A stretch of 64,000 nt of DNA from a virus. This document shows, one piece after another, positions 36,468 to 45,898 of the stretch; position 1 is the first letter of the stretch; the number at the start of each line of letters is the position of its first letter. The translations under genes were made by a program, and so were the position numbers. Under the pieces are notes generated by a model. The model saw nothing but the letters and a program-made list of their open reading frames with translations, ran no database searches and had not been told where the DNA came from. The DNA lies in the IMG/VR virus record IMGVR_UViG_3300027887_000560. The stretch is one strand, 5' to 3'.

Positions 36468-37154
36468 GTGAGTTCGACGGGGCGGGGAGGGAAGCGTTGC
36501 GAGGCTGACTTCTACGAGACGCCCGAGTGGGTGACAGCTCGGTTGCTCGATGTCTGGAAGCCGGGGCGGGACGCCTTGCTCATCGAGCCGGCCGTGGGCA
36601 ACGGCGCCATCATCAAGGCGATGAACAAGCTTCTACCAGATCCCGCTTCGTTCTGGCTGGGTTACGACATCAGGGACATGGCAGTTCATCATCTTTGCCG
36701 CTTTCGTCAGACCGATTTTCTTGCTGACGGTGCACAACTGGCCACGGATCTGACCGAGGTGTGCTGGGGGTTCGCCGAGGAGGGAAAGTCCTTCCGGACC
36801 ATGCATGTCATCACCAATCCGCCGTTCAGCGTGGCGGAAGAGTTCCTGCGCAAGTCGCGGTTGCTCTATCCGACCGCAGATCTGGTGTTCCTGCTCAGGC
36901 TCAACTTCCTGGCGTCGATCGAGCGCTTGCCGCTCTGGCGAGACCTGGGAGTGCCCGACGTGCATGTCTTGCCGAACCGGCCGAGCTTCACGGGTGCGGG
37001 CACCGACTCGTGCGAGTATGCCTGGATGATCTTTCATGCCTGGGCCGAGGTGCCACTCTTGCGCACGCCCAGCCAGGGGTTCTTGACCATCCTACCCGAA
37101 ACGCCGAAGACGGTACGTGCGGCGTGCCGCAAGCACATGATCGAGGATCCATGA
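36468..37154 (+). CDS. N6-adenine/N4-cytosine-type methyltransferase (motif I then NPPF; gamma-like order)
   Basis: Motif I EPAVGNGAII and motif IV HVITNPPFS about 85 aa later. Confidence 0.55.
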   Translation: MSSTGRGGKRCEADFYETPEWVTARLLDVWKPGRDALLIEPAVGNGAIIKAMNKLLPDPASFWLGYDIRDMAVHHLCRFRQTDFLADGAQLATDLTEVCWGFAEEGKSFRTMHVITNPPFSVAEEFLRKSRLLYPTADLVFLLRLNFLASIERLPLWRDLGVPDVHVLPNRPSFTGAGTDSCEYAWMIFHAWAEVPLLRTPSQGFLTILPETPKTVRAACRKHMIEDP

Positions 37155-37540
37155 GCCTGGAGCTGTTGCCTCCTGACCGGGAGCCAGATGCCGACGAGAA
37201 CGATCGGCTGGGCGAGCGTCTGGAGAAGCTCGAAGCCTGCGTCGAGGCCATGAAGGAAGATCTGGTCGATGTTTGCGAGACCTTGCAGGCGTTGCTCGAC
37301 TACCTCGATATCGATCGTTACGAGTACGAGCTGTTCAAGCAGACTGGCAGCCTGCGTTCCTATTCGCGTCGTGTGCCTGGTGCCAGGGAAGCGGAGGCAG
37401 CGAGGCAGAGCGAGGAGCATCGTCTGGAGGCCGAGGAGAAGCAGGTGCGGCGAGATCAGGCGATCGATGAGGCCGTGAAGAAGCTCGACGAGATCATCGT
37501 CGGTATCGTGGCCTTGAATCCCGAGTACGACAACTGCTAG
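37151..37540 (+). CDS. coiled-coil acidic protein (129 aa)
   Basis: ATGA overlap with the methyltransferase; heptad-like sequence. Confidence 0.35.
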   Translation: MSLELLPPDREPDADENDRLGERLEKLEACVEAMKEDLVDVCETLQALLDYLDIDRYEYELFKQTGSLRSYSRRVPGAREAEAARQSEEHRLEAEEKQVRRDQAIDEAVKKLDEIIVGIVALNPEYDNC

Positions 37541-37550
37541 GAAGTGGACG

Positions 37551-38336
37551 ATGCACGAAGGGCAATCGGTTTCGCTGGTCACGGGGGTCATGCGCAGGAC
37601 GCCGAGCTTGCTGGCGGTCCTGCCGACATGGCTTGCGTTGCGAGAGCTGGACGAGATCGTGATCGTGGACTGGGGTGGGGACGCAAGCATGTGCGAAGCC
37701 GTGCGCAGTGCCGGGCTTCGCGATTCGCGCTTGTGCTTCTACAGGGTGCCCGGTGTTTCGTGCTGGGAATTTTCCGCCTGCGCGAATCTGGGGATCAGCG
37801 TGGCCGTGGGCGAGCGGATCCTTCGCACGGATGTTGATGTGGCGTTTGCGCCGGGGTTCTTTGCGGATCTGCCCCTGGTGTCCGATGAATTCTGGACCGG
37901 GTACTGGGGCCAGGCTCGGGATCACAACGAGTGTCATCTGAACGGCACGATCTACACACATCGCGAGAGCTTCCTGGTCGTGAACGGTTACAACGAGCGG
38001 CTGGTCGGCTACGGTTACGACGACGAAGATCTCTATGCGCGGCTCTGTGCCCAGGGATTCGGGCGCCGGTTCCTGGATCACGATCTGATGCGACATCTTC
38101 CGCACGGGGACGATCTCAGGGTGAGCTGTGCTCCGGAGATCCCGATTCGCGAGGACGTGCGGTTGCTGGTTCCATCGGTCGATAACGCAACATGTTCCCA
38201 GCAGCTCGAACGTTCCAACACCTACAACCGCAAGCTGGCGAATGTGCAGCCCTGGACGGTACAGGATCGGAGAGCTATCTGGACCGTGGCTCACATGGAT
38301 GATGGATTCTGGTACTGTCAGAGGCGAGCACGATGA
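37551..38336 (+). CDS. GT-A glycosyltransferase, paralog 1 (Glyco_transf_7C-like C-terminal motif)
   Basis: SLVTGVMRR...LPTWLALRELDEIVIVDWGG; DxD (RTDVDVAF); VVNGYNERLVGYGYDDEDLYARL. Confidence 0.55.
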   Translation: MHEGQSVSLVTGVMRRTPSLLAVLPTWLALRELDEIVIVDWGGDASMCEAVRSAGLRDSRLCFYRVPGVSCWEFSACANLGISVAVGERILRTDVDVAFAPGFFADLPLVSDEFWTGYWGQARDHNECHLNGTIYTHRESFLVVNGYNERLVGYGYDDEDLYARLCAQGFGRRFLDHDLMRHLPHGDDLRVSCAPEIPIREDVRLLVPSVDNATCSQQLERSNTYNRKLANVQPWTVQDRRAIWTVAHMDDGFWYCQRRAR

Positions 38337-39163
38337 TTGACGGGCACACGGTCACGATCGCCACCGGTTCCATGAACCGGCTCGATCATCTGTGCAAGGC
38401 CCTGCCGACCTGGCTTGCCCGGCCCGAGGCCGACGAGATCTTGATCGTGGACTGGGGCTCCGAGCCCTTGCTCGCCGAGTCCTTGATGTCGTTCCAAGAT
38501 CGCAGGCTTCGCATCGCTCGGGTGTCAAATTGTCGGTACTGGGAGAACGCTCGCTGTCACAACCTGGAATTTCGACTGGCCAGGGGCGACCTGCTGCTAC
38601 GTCTCGACAACGACCACCTGCTGCATGACGATTTCTTCGCGCAGCATCCGATGGCTCCAGGGAGCTTCTACGCTGGTAACTGGCGCAAGGTGCCCTTTTC
38701 CGAGAGCGAGAAGCGCAACCTGTCGGGGATCCTGTGGACATGGCGCGAGGCCCTGCGAACCGTGAATGGGTACAACGAACGACTCGTTCATTTTGGAGTC
38801 GAGGACGATGACCTGTACGAGCGTCTGGCGGCATCGGGGCTCGAACGCCGGGACATCTCGATCTGGTCGGCCGATCACCTGCACCATTCCGATGTCGCGC
38901 GCTACCGGAATCTGCGCATCGCGGCCGAGCACCCCGAGATCGTGGACAACAGCAAGCGTTCCTGGGATGAATGCCGGGACGACTTCTCCGTGGCGAAGCG
39001 TCAGATCTTGGAGATCAGCCTGCAAGAGAACGCGCAAAGGCCGTGGACCACACGCGACCGGATGACCCGATGGGTTCGTCGGGATATCGATTCCCGGTTC
39101 GTCATGATCGTTGAAGACTTGCCCGGACGCACTGTTTGTGATGGAGAGGAAGTGATAACATGA
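38333..39163 (+). CDS. GT-A glycosyltransferase, paralog 2
   Basis: TIATGSMNRLDHL...LPTWLARPEADEILIVDWGS; DND; TVNGYNERLVHFGVEDDDLYERL. Confidence 0.55.
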   Translation: MIDGHTVTIATGSMNRLDHLCKALPTWLARPEADEILIVDWGSEPLLAESLMSFQDRRLRIARVSNCRYWENARCHNLEFRLARGDLLLRLDNDHLLHDDFFAQHPMAPGSFYAGNWRKVPFSESEKRNLSGILWTWREALRTVNGYNERLVHFGVEDDDLYERLAASGLERRDISIWSADHLHHSDVARYRNLRIAAEHPEIVDNSKRSWDECRDDFSVAKRQILEISLQENAQRPWTTRDRMTRWVRRDIDSRFVMIVEDLPGRTVCDGEEVIT

Positions 39164-40215
39164 CCGCCGTGCTCGCACCTCCGAAGTTCCTGTTTCCCTA
39201 CGTCAACCTGGAATGCAACCTGCGCTGTCTGCACTGCATGCGCTGGCAAGATTACGATCCCAAGCCGGAGGCGAGGATCACGATCGATCGGATCTGCGAG
39301 ATCACCGAGGAGTTCGCCGAGCTGGCTCCGGGCGCTGGAGTGGTGATCTGTGGCGGGGAGACCCTGCTGGCCTGGGACGACTATTTCCAGCTCTGCGCAT
39401 GCTGTCGTCGGCTGGGGCTTCACAGCTATTCGGTCACGAACGGCATGCTCGTCGATACGACGGACATCGCCGAGTACATGATGTGTGAAGGCCCGGACGA
39501 GATCACCGTGTCGCTCGATAGCCCCGACGAGGTCATTCACGACCGGTTGCGCGGGAAGAAGGGTTCCTATCAGGCGGCGGTGCGGGCGCTGCGCCTCCTG
39601 GTAGCGGCGCGCAGGATGACCGGACATCTCGACGATCGTCGGGTGTATGCCATGGGGCTCATCTGTGACGTGAATTACAAGGACATGGATCGCTTCTACG
39701 ATCTCGTGCTGCGCGACATCGGGGCGGACAAGCTCAAGTGCAACCCCTTGCAGCCCACCTGCGAGATCAGACCTGGTGCCGGAGATCGCTTCTTCGCGGA
39801 GCACGTCCGGGTGCCGCCAGAGGAGTTCATGGAGATCATGCGGGCGTGCGACGTGAAGTACAAGCTCGGGCTCGATCCTGAATGGATAAGGCACATGGGC
39901 GTGTACTTCCGCGCGTTCGAGCGCAATTACCAGTTGCTCGGTGGCTGGGGCGCCGGAGCCAGGACGCGCGAGCACATCTGCAACACTCACGATCGGAACA
40001 TCATGGTGGATCTGAAAGGCACGGCCCGGCTCTGTTTCTCGACGAAGTATCCGGGCATGCCGCTGGTCGAACGGGGCGATCTGCGCCGGTTCTGGGAGCG
40101 TCCGGAGACCGAGGCGCTGCGCGAGCAGATGCGGCAGTGCAACGACGTGTGCGGTGTGAGCCACAGTGTTCGACGCGTGAACGCAACCTTGAAACCCTCG
40201 AAGGTGACACCATGA
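39160..40215 (+). CDS. radical SAM enzyme with C-terminal auxiliary-cluster (SPASM/twitch-like) cysteines
   Basis: CxxxCxxC at residues about 17-24 (CNLRCLHC); GGEtLL (ICGGETLL); C-terminal Cys set (CNTHD..., RLCFSTKY, QCNDVCGVSH). Confidence 0.75.
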   Translation: MTAVLAPPKFLFPYVNLECNLRCLHCMRWQDYDPKPEARITIDRICEITEEFAELAPGAGVVICGGETLLAWDDYFQLCACCRRLGLHSYSVTNGMLVDTTDIAEYMMCEGPDEITVSLDSPDEVIHDRLRGKKGSYQAAVRALRLLVAARRMTGHLDDRRVYAMGLICDVNYKDMDRFYDLVLRDIGADKLKCNPLQPTCEIRPGAGDRFFAEHVRVPPEEFMEIMRACDVKYKLGLDPEWIRHMGVYFRAFERNYQLLGGWGAGARTREHICNTHDRNIMVDLKGTARLCFSTKYPGMPLVERGDLRRFWERPETEALREQMRQCNDVCGVSHSVRRVNATLKPSKVTP

Positions 40216-41204
40216 ACTATCGTTGCAAGCGAGCGCAGGGGTACCTGGAGATCTTTCACGGCGGCGACGTGTGGCTCTGCTGTCCGAACTGGACGGGTGG
40301 GCCACTCGGTAACATCCTGCGGGACGATCTGCTGACCTTGTGGCGCGGACCGCGTGCCCGGCGAATCCGGGAAGGGATCGCCAAGGGCGATTTTTCGTTG
40401 TGCCAGAAGTGCTCGTACTTGCCGGCACCGTTCGGTCCCATCGAGATTGCGGACAGCGGCGTGGTGACCGAGGTCGATCGTATTCCCAACCTGTTCGTGG
40501 CGTTCGATCGAACGTGCAACCTTTGCTGTCCCACCTGTCGTCACGAGATCTGGAAGTATCCCTGGGGCAACGATCGTGAGGTGCGCCGGCTCTACGACCG
40601 GTTGCTTTCGTCCGGAGCACTGGCCGAGGTCGATCGCATACGATTCCTGTCGAGCGGTGATCCGATGGCCTCGTCGCTTTGCCAGGAGACCCTGCGTCGG
40701 CTGCCGTGGCAAAGCTACCCGGTCTTGCGGTTGCATTTCCAGACGAACGGGCTCCTGTTCACGCCCGAGCGTTACCAGGCGATGGGTGAGGCGGCCACGC
40801 GACTCGATTCGGTGTCCGTGTCCATCGACGCCGCTACCCGGCAAACCTACGCCCTGAATCGATCGCGGGGCAACCTGGCTTCCTGGGACGTGCTCCAGGA
40901 GAACCTGCATTTCATCTCCGGGCTCAAGCAATCCGGTGCCCTGCAACACTTCGTGCTGGTATGCGTGGTCCAGGCCAACAACTTCCGGGAGATGGTCATG
41001 TTTGCCGAGCAAGCGTTCGCCCTGGGCGCGGGCGCCGAGTACATGATGATGTTCAACTGGGGCACGTTCTCGGATGCCGAGTTCGCGGAGCGCGCCGTGC
41101 ATTTGCCCGGTCATCCCGATCACGCCGAGTTTCTTGAGGTTCTGGGCAACCCGATCTTCTCGGATCCACGCATCATCATGAGCAATTTCCTGGGACGACC
41201 ATGA
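40212..41204 (+). CDS. second radical SAM-like enzyme
   Basis: FDRTCNLCCPTCRH (C-x3-C-x2-C) about 100 aa in; N-terminal Cys-rich segment CKRAQGYLEIFHGGDVWLCCPNWTGG. Confidence 0.5.
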   Translation: MNYRCKRAQGYLEIFHGGDVWLCCPNWTGGPLGNILRDDLLTLWRGPRARRIREGIAKGDFSLCQKCSYLPAPFGPIEIADSGVVTEVDRIPNLFVAFDRTCNLCCPTCRHEIWKYPWGNDREVRRLYDRLLSSGALAEVDRIRFLSSGDPMASSLCQETLRRLPWQSYPVLRLHFQTNGLLFTPERYQAMGEAATRLDSVSVSIDAATRQTYALNRSRGNLASWDVLQENLHFISGLKQSGALQHFVLVCVVQANNFREMVMFAEQAFALGAGAEYMMMFNWGTFSDAEFAERAVHLPGHPDHAEFLEVLGNPIFSDPRIIMSNFLGRP

Positions 41205-41839
41205 GTGAAGGTGCAATCGAGCGACCATGCACCTGGCAGGACGTGCCGGGCTACTTCGACTTCAACGATCTCTATTTCGAGATGGTCAGCAAGGCGCCAG
41301 CCTCCGGTGCGCGCTTCGTGGAGATCGGGGTGCTGTTCGGGCGCTCGACCATGTTCATGGCCAGCGAGATCAAGCGCAGCGGCAAGCAGATAACGTTCGA
41401 TGCCATCGATCGCTATGCACACGATCGTCAGGCATGGACCACGGAGTTCGATTCCCTGGTTGCCAAGATGTCTCCCGAGCGCGCAGCGGTCGCGCGGAGA
41501 GCGGTTGCACCTGGAACCCTGCTCAACGAGGTTCCGTTCTACTTTGCCCTGAAAGCCGGGCTTCATGACCATGTGAATCTCATCTGCGATCTCGCGCAAG
41601 AGCAAGCTCGTCTCTATGCCGACGGCAGCCTGGATTTCGTGTTCATCGATGACGATCATCAGTATCGGGAGACCAAGGAACTCATCCAGGCTTACTTGCC
41701 CAAGATCAAGGTCGGGGGGATCATCGCCGGGCATGACTTCACCTTCGTCTGGCCTGGCGTGATCAGGGCGGTCAACGAGGTCTTCGGTCGCAATCGTCGC
41801 ATCCGCAAGAATTGCTGGGTTCACGTCAGGGAATCTTGA
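41201..41839 (+). CDS. class I SAM-dependent methyltransferase (Methyltransf_24/CmcI-like), paralog A
   Basis: WQDVPGYFDFNDLY...FVEIGVLFGRST...FVFIDDDHQY...GGIIAGHD. Confidence 0.55.
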   Translation: MSEGAIERPCTWQDVPGYFDFNDLYFEMVSKAPASGARFVEIGVLFGRSTMFMASEIKRSGKQITFDAIDRYAHDRQAWTTEFDSLVAKMSPERAAVARRAVAPGTLLNEVPFYFALKAGLHDHVNLICDLAQEQARLYADGSLDFVFIDDDHQYRETKELIQAYLPKIKVGGIIAGHDFTFVWPGVIRAVNEVFGRNRRIRKNCWVHVRES

Positions 41840-41850
41840 AGGGGGCTGAC

Positions 41851-42084
41851 ATGGTCAAACTGGTTGATGCTAACACGGGGAAAGTCGTCGAGGTCGGACA
41901 GCGGGTGGAGTGTGTCACGCCCTACGAGATCCTGAGTGTGCGCGACCTGATCTTCATCGTCTGGGTCAGGTTGAAGATTTCGGAGGTCGAGCGGTGGGTT
42001 CAGTGCCCGGTCAAATGGTGGCCCAGGCTCACCTATGGGGTGTCCTTCCCCACGAGCGGACGCACGGCAATCATTCCATCCTGA
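41851..42084 (+). CDS. hypothetical small protein (77 aa)
   Basis: ORF following methyltransferase A. Confidence 0.3.
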   Translation: MVKLVDANTGKVVEVGQRVECVTPYEILSVRDLIFIVWVRLKISEVERWVQCPVKWWPRLTYGVSFPTSGRTAIIPS

Positions 42085-42105
42085 AACCCTGGAGTTCGAG
42101 CGGGC

Positions 42106-42840
42106 ATGCACGAAAACTTGCGCGTTTCCCTGGCGACCGGTTGCATGAATCGTCTTGACAGCTTGCGCTGGGCGCTTCCTTCCTGGCTCGCGTTGCCGGA
42201 GATCGACGAGATCGTCATCGTGGACTGGAGTTCGCAGACGCCCGTGCACGAGGCGCTTGCCGACGTGTCCGATCCTCGTGTGCTCTTCGTCCGGGTCGAG
42301 GGACAGTCCTACTGGTGCGCGGCCAGGTGCCACAACGTCGAGGTGCTGGCGGCCACGGGAGATGCCCTGCTGCGCATCGATGCTGACATCAGGGTCAAGT
42401 CGGGGTTCTTTGGAGCCCATCATTCACTGGCCCGCGAGCACGTCTTCTGGAACACCTGGTGGCGGCTGGCGCGTGATAACGAAGATCTGCACCTGGCAGG
42501 CACCATCTACACACGACGCTCGAACTTTCTGCTGGTCGGCGGGTACAACGAGCGACTCGCGTCCTATGGCTACGAGGACGACGATCTGTATCAACGGTTG
42601 CTCATCGCCCGGCGCAAGCGTGGCTTTCTTCGTCGTGAAGATCTGGAGCACCTGCCCCACGCCGATGCGACCCGCATGGCTCAGATCGCGCCCGAGTTCC
42701 GGGGACGGGGGATCCCGATCGAGGGTATCGGCAGGAATCAGCAGATCGCCAAGGACACACCCTGGACGGCGAACGATCGCATGACGACCTGGAGGGTTTG
42801 CAGGGTCGCGCACAATCTCTGGAGATACACACAGGACTGA
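42106..42840 (+). CDS. GT-A glycosyltransferase, paralog 3
   Basis: VSLATGCMNRLDSL...LPSWLALPEIDEIVIVDWSS; DAD; LVGGYNERLASYGYEDDDLYQRL. Confidence 0.55.
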   Translation: MHENLRVSLATGCMNRLDSLRWALPSWLALPEIDEIVIVDWSSQTPVHEALADVSDPRVLFVRVEGQSYWCAARCHNVEVLAATGDALLRIDADIRVKSGFFGAHHSLAREHVFWNTWWRLARDNEDLHLAGTIYTRRSNFLLVGGYNERLASYGYEDDDLYQRLLIARRKRGFLRREDLEHLPHADATRMAQIAPEFRGRGIPIEGIGRNQQIAKDTPWTANDRMTTWRVCRVAHNLWRYTQD

Positions 42841-42842
42841 TC

Positions 42843-43493
42843 ATGCTCACCTGGCAAGACGTTCCCGGCTACTTCAATTTTCAGGACATCTACACTCGCA
42901 TGGTCGCGGAGGCTCGGGACGACGGCGATCACTTCGTGGAGATCGGGGTGCTGTTCGGGCAGTCAACCCTCTTCATGGCCGACGCCATCAGGCGGAGCGG
43001 CAAGCGCATCGTCTTCGATGCTGTCGATCGGATGTCCTCCGAATCGCGTCCGCAGTGGCGGTACGAGTGCTTGACCCTGAGCCAGAAGTTGTCTTCCGAG
43101 GCTGCCCGAGCAGCGGCGCGCGAGGCGATTGCCTCGTCGCCCTGCATGGCAGACATCTCGAAATGGTACGCCAGGGAAACCGGGCTCGATGGGTTCATCA
43201 ACTTTCATGTCGAGTCGGGGCAAGCGCGCTCCGGTGCGTACAGGGACGAAAGCCTCGGCTTCGTTTTCATCGATTCAGATCACTCTTATGTTGACACCAG
43301 GGAGATGATTCAGGCATATCTATCCAAGGTGCGAACCGGGGGTGTGTTGGCAGGTCATGATTACAACCACGGCGAGTGGCCCGAGGTTGTTCGGGCGGTC
43401 AACGAGACGCTCTGGAACAAGTTCAAGATCATCGGCGACTCCTGGATTTCCAGGAAGCAGGGGCCGGTCAGGCGCTTGTATCTTCCATGGTAA
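42843..43493 (+). CDS. class I SAM-dependent methyltransferase (Methyltransf_24-like), paralog B
   Basis: WQDVPGYFNFQDIY...FVEIGVLFGQST...FVFIDSDHSY...GGVLAGHD. Confidence 0.55.
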   Translation: MLTWQDVPGYFNFQDIYTRMVAEARDDGDHFVEIGVLFGQSTLFMADAIRRSGKRIVFDAVDRMSSESRPQWRYECLTLSQKLSSEAARAAAREAIASSPCMADISKWYARETGLDGFINFHVESGQARSGAYRDESLGFVFIDSDHSYVDTREMIQAYLSKVRTGGVLAGHDYNHGEWPEVVRAVNETLWNKFKIIGDSWISRKQGPVRRLYLPW

Positions 43494-43503
43494 GAGGTGG
43501 AAC

Positions 43504-43725
43504 ATGGCACAGATGACTGGCAATGCGCCGTTCACCATCGAGAATGTCGAGGTCATCATGGATACCGACAAGGCGTTGCTCTGTCGAATCGACGGCATGG
43601 GTGGCCCGGAGGTCTGGCTTCCACGCAAGCTGTTGCTCAGTGGCACGACCGTCGAGTTCAGAGGTGATTTTGGCGAGGTGGTCATTCCCACCTGGCTTGC
43701 CGAAGAGCGTCAGCTCTGGCGTTGA
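43504..43725 (+). CDS. hypothetical small protein (73 aa)
   Basis: ORF following methyltransferase B. Confidence 0.3.
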   Translation: MAQMTGNAPFTIENVEVIMDTDKALLCRIDGMGGPEVWLPRKLLLSGTTVEFRGDFGEVVIPTWLAEERQLWR

Positions 43726-44100
43726 CCTGGACAAGTAGGAGGAGATAGCGGATCATGAGAAGCTCGGAACTGCAAGCGAAGATCGCTGCCATGGAGCCCG
43801 AGGCCAGAACTGCCTTTTTGCGTCGCATGGACGAACTGTTCGCCGAGATCGAGGATCTCGACGAGGCTGGTTATCCTCATACCCGAGATCGGATCTCGGC
43901 TGGCGAGGTCGAAGGAGATCTTCGCCCGTGAACCTGTTCGATCGCTTCCTGGCCAACGTCGGATGGTGCCGGATCGGATGGCACCGGGTGCCGAACAAGG
44001 TCGTCACACGCCGCAGGCCGGTGGACGGCAAGCTCGTGTATCCCTTCTGGAACTGGGAGGGCGTGTGTCGTCGCTGCCATCGCATCATCAAGGGTGTCCA

Positions 44101-44346
44101 ATGACCAGGACCGAGGAAAAAGCGTGGATCAACATGCGCCGTCATCGTGATGCTCTTGCCAAGCTGGCGAGCGAGACCAGGACGGGGTTTTTCACGGAGG
44201 AAGATCGTGAGCCGTCCATGCGACTCGCTGAGCGTTTGCAGGGTGCCGCCAACGGGATAGACCTGGAGATGTTGCGTCTGGAGAGCGGAGATCCATCGCT
44301 CACCGAGCTGGATCGTGCGCGAAAGCGGTTTCTGGAGGCGAAATGA
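44101..44346 (+). CDS. hypothetical small protein (81 aa)
   Basis: Internal Met of ORF 43963..44346. Confidence 0.3.
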   Translation: MTRTEEKAWINMRRHRDALAKLASETRTGFFTEEDREPSMRLAERLQGAANGIDLEMLRLESGDPSLTELDRARKRFLEAK

Positions 44347-44924
44347 AGAAACCCGAGATCTACGTGTCCACCGATGTCGAGGCCAACGGTCCGATACCAG
44401 GTTGCAACTCGATGCTGAGCTTCGCGTCGGCAGCATTCCAGGATGGTGTGCCCGAGCCTATCGGTTGCTTCTCGCGCAATCTTCGGACCCTGCCTGGCTC
44501 GTCGCCAGATCCGGACACGATGGCTTTCTGGGGCAAGCACGCGAAGGCTTTCGAGGAGACGCGCCTCGATGTGGTCGAGGCGAAGGACGCCATGCTTGAC
44601 TATGTTGCATGGTTGGAGAAGTTGCCTGGTAAACCCGTGTTCGTTGGTTATCCCGCCAGCTACGACTTCATGTTTGTCTACTGGTACCTGATACGATTCG
44701 CTGGAAAGAGTCCCTTTTCGTTCTCGGCCCTCGACATCAAGAGCTATGCCATGGCCATCCTGGGAACAACGTACAAGGATGCGTCCAAGCGCAAGATGCC
44801 CAAAGATTGGTTCGTATCCCTGCCTAAACATCGACATGTGGCGCTCGACGATGCCATCGAGCAGGGAAAGCTGTTCCTGAACATCATGGCTCACGGACGG
44901 TTGCAAAGGGCGGTGTCGCTGTGA
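44343..44924 (+). CDS. DEDDh 3'-5' exonuclease (DnaQ/Rv2179c-like)
   Basis: IYVSTDVEANGPIPG (D-x-E), YDFMFVYWY, and HVALDDAIEQ (H-x-D) motifs. Confidence 0.55.
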   Translation: MKKPEIYVSTDVEANGPIPGCNSMLSFASAAFQDGVPEPIGCFSRNLRTLPGSSPDPDTMAFWGKHAKAFEETRLDVVEAKDAMLDYVAWLEKLPGKPVFVGYPASYDFMFVYWYLIRFAGKSPFSFSALDIKSYAMAILGTTYKDASKRKMPKDWFVSLPKHRHVALDDAIEQGKLFLNIMAHGRLQRAVSL

Positions 44925-45117
44925 GCGCGGAGCGAAGCACGACTCTGCCACCAGGACCATGGCTCATGCCGCCACGTTTCCGGGGCGGGTGTCATTCCGA
45001 TTCCGACGGTGATTGCGATTGGCCGGATTGTCCCCAGTTGCGTGATGGTGAGCCCGAGAAGACCGGCCGTAGTTGTCCACTCTATCCGTGGCATCATGAG
45101 GGGGATCAGGGGAAGCG

Positions 45118-45888
45118 ATGAAATTCGGTGTCGTCATACCGTCACGACTGGCCCTGCGGCCCGGCGGGCGTGTGCTCGGCAATCACGGCCCCGAGCTGTG
45201 GCTGGACGGTGCCGTCGCGAGCGTGCTCGGGCAGCGTGATTTCAACACCACCGACTGGGAGATCTACATCGGTGTGGATCCGATGGCGGTCGTGCCGGCG
45301 CGGTTCTACGAGCACGCGACCGTGGTGCAGGCCGCGCGAGCCGGGCAAGCGTTCGCCGTGAATGCCGCTGCCGAGCTGGCGGTTTTGCATGCCGACGTGA
45401 TCGCCATTCTCGAAGACGACGATCGCTGGCGGCCTGAGAAGACGGAGGTCCAGCTCACGCATCTCGGGGATGCATCGTTCGTGAGCTGTTCACAGAGGCT
45501 CCACGATGTCGAGGGTCTTGCGACGGGGAACGTGGTCCACTATCCATCACCCTCGGGCTGGCTCATGACGGCCGCGCTCTGGAACGCGTTGCGGGGGTTC
45601 GATCCGAGCTATCGCTGGTTGCTCGACATGGAGTGGCTGGGACGCTTGAACCAGTTGCGAAGACGAAGGGTTCACGTCACGTCGAATCACATTCAAGCCG
45701 GGTACGGGCTCGTGGAGGTGAGTCATTATGCCGCCGTGGCCACCTATGAAAGTCCGCTTTTCCTCGTCGAACGCACAATCAATCCCCAGGGCGGCATGAT
45801 GATGGCGCAGGAGGATCCGGAAGCTGAACGTGAGGCTCGCGACGAGGAAAACAGGATTCTCAAGGCGTTCGGGTACAAGCCCTGGTAG
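45118..45888 (+). CDS. family-2 glycosyltransferase
   Basis: VVIPS...LDGAVASVLGQ N-terminal pattern and DxD (ILEDDD). Confidence 0.5.
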   Translation: MKFGVVIPSRLALRPGGRVLGNHGPELWLDGAVASVLGQRDFNTTDWEIYIGVDPMAVVPARFYEHATVVQAARAGQAFAVNAAAELAVLHADVIAILEDDDRWRPEKTEVQLTHLGDASFVSCSQRLHDVEGLATGNVVHYPSPSGWLMTAALWNALRGFDPSYRWLLDMEWLGRLNQLRRRRVHVTSNHIQAGYGLVEVSHYAAVATYESPLFLVERTINPQGGMMMAQEDPEAEREARDEENRILKAFGYKPW

Positions 45889-45898
45889 GGAGGTCGTG

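Noticed and set aside
39001-41228. 539-aa and 413-aa minus-strand ORFs across the radical-SAM genes
   Set aside because: The plus-strand genes carry clear CxxxCxxC radical-SAM motifs; the minus frames are antisense artefacts of high GC.
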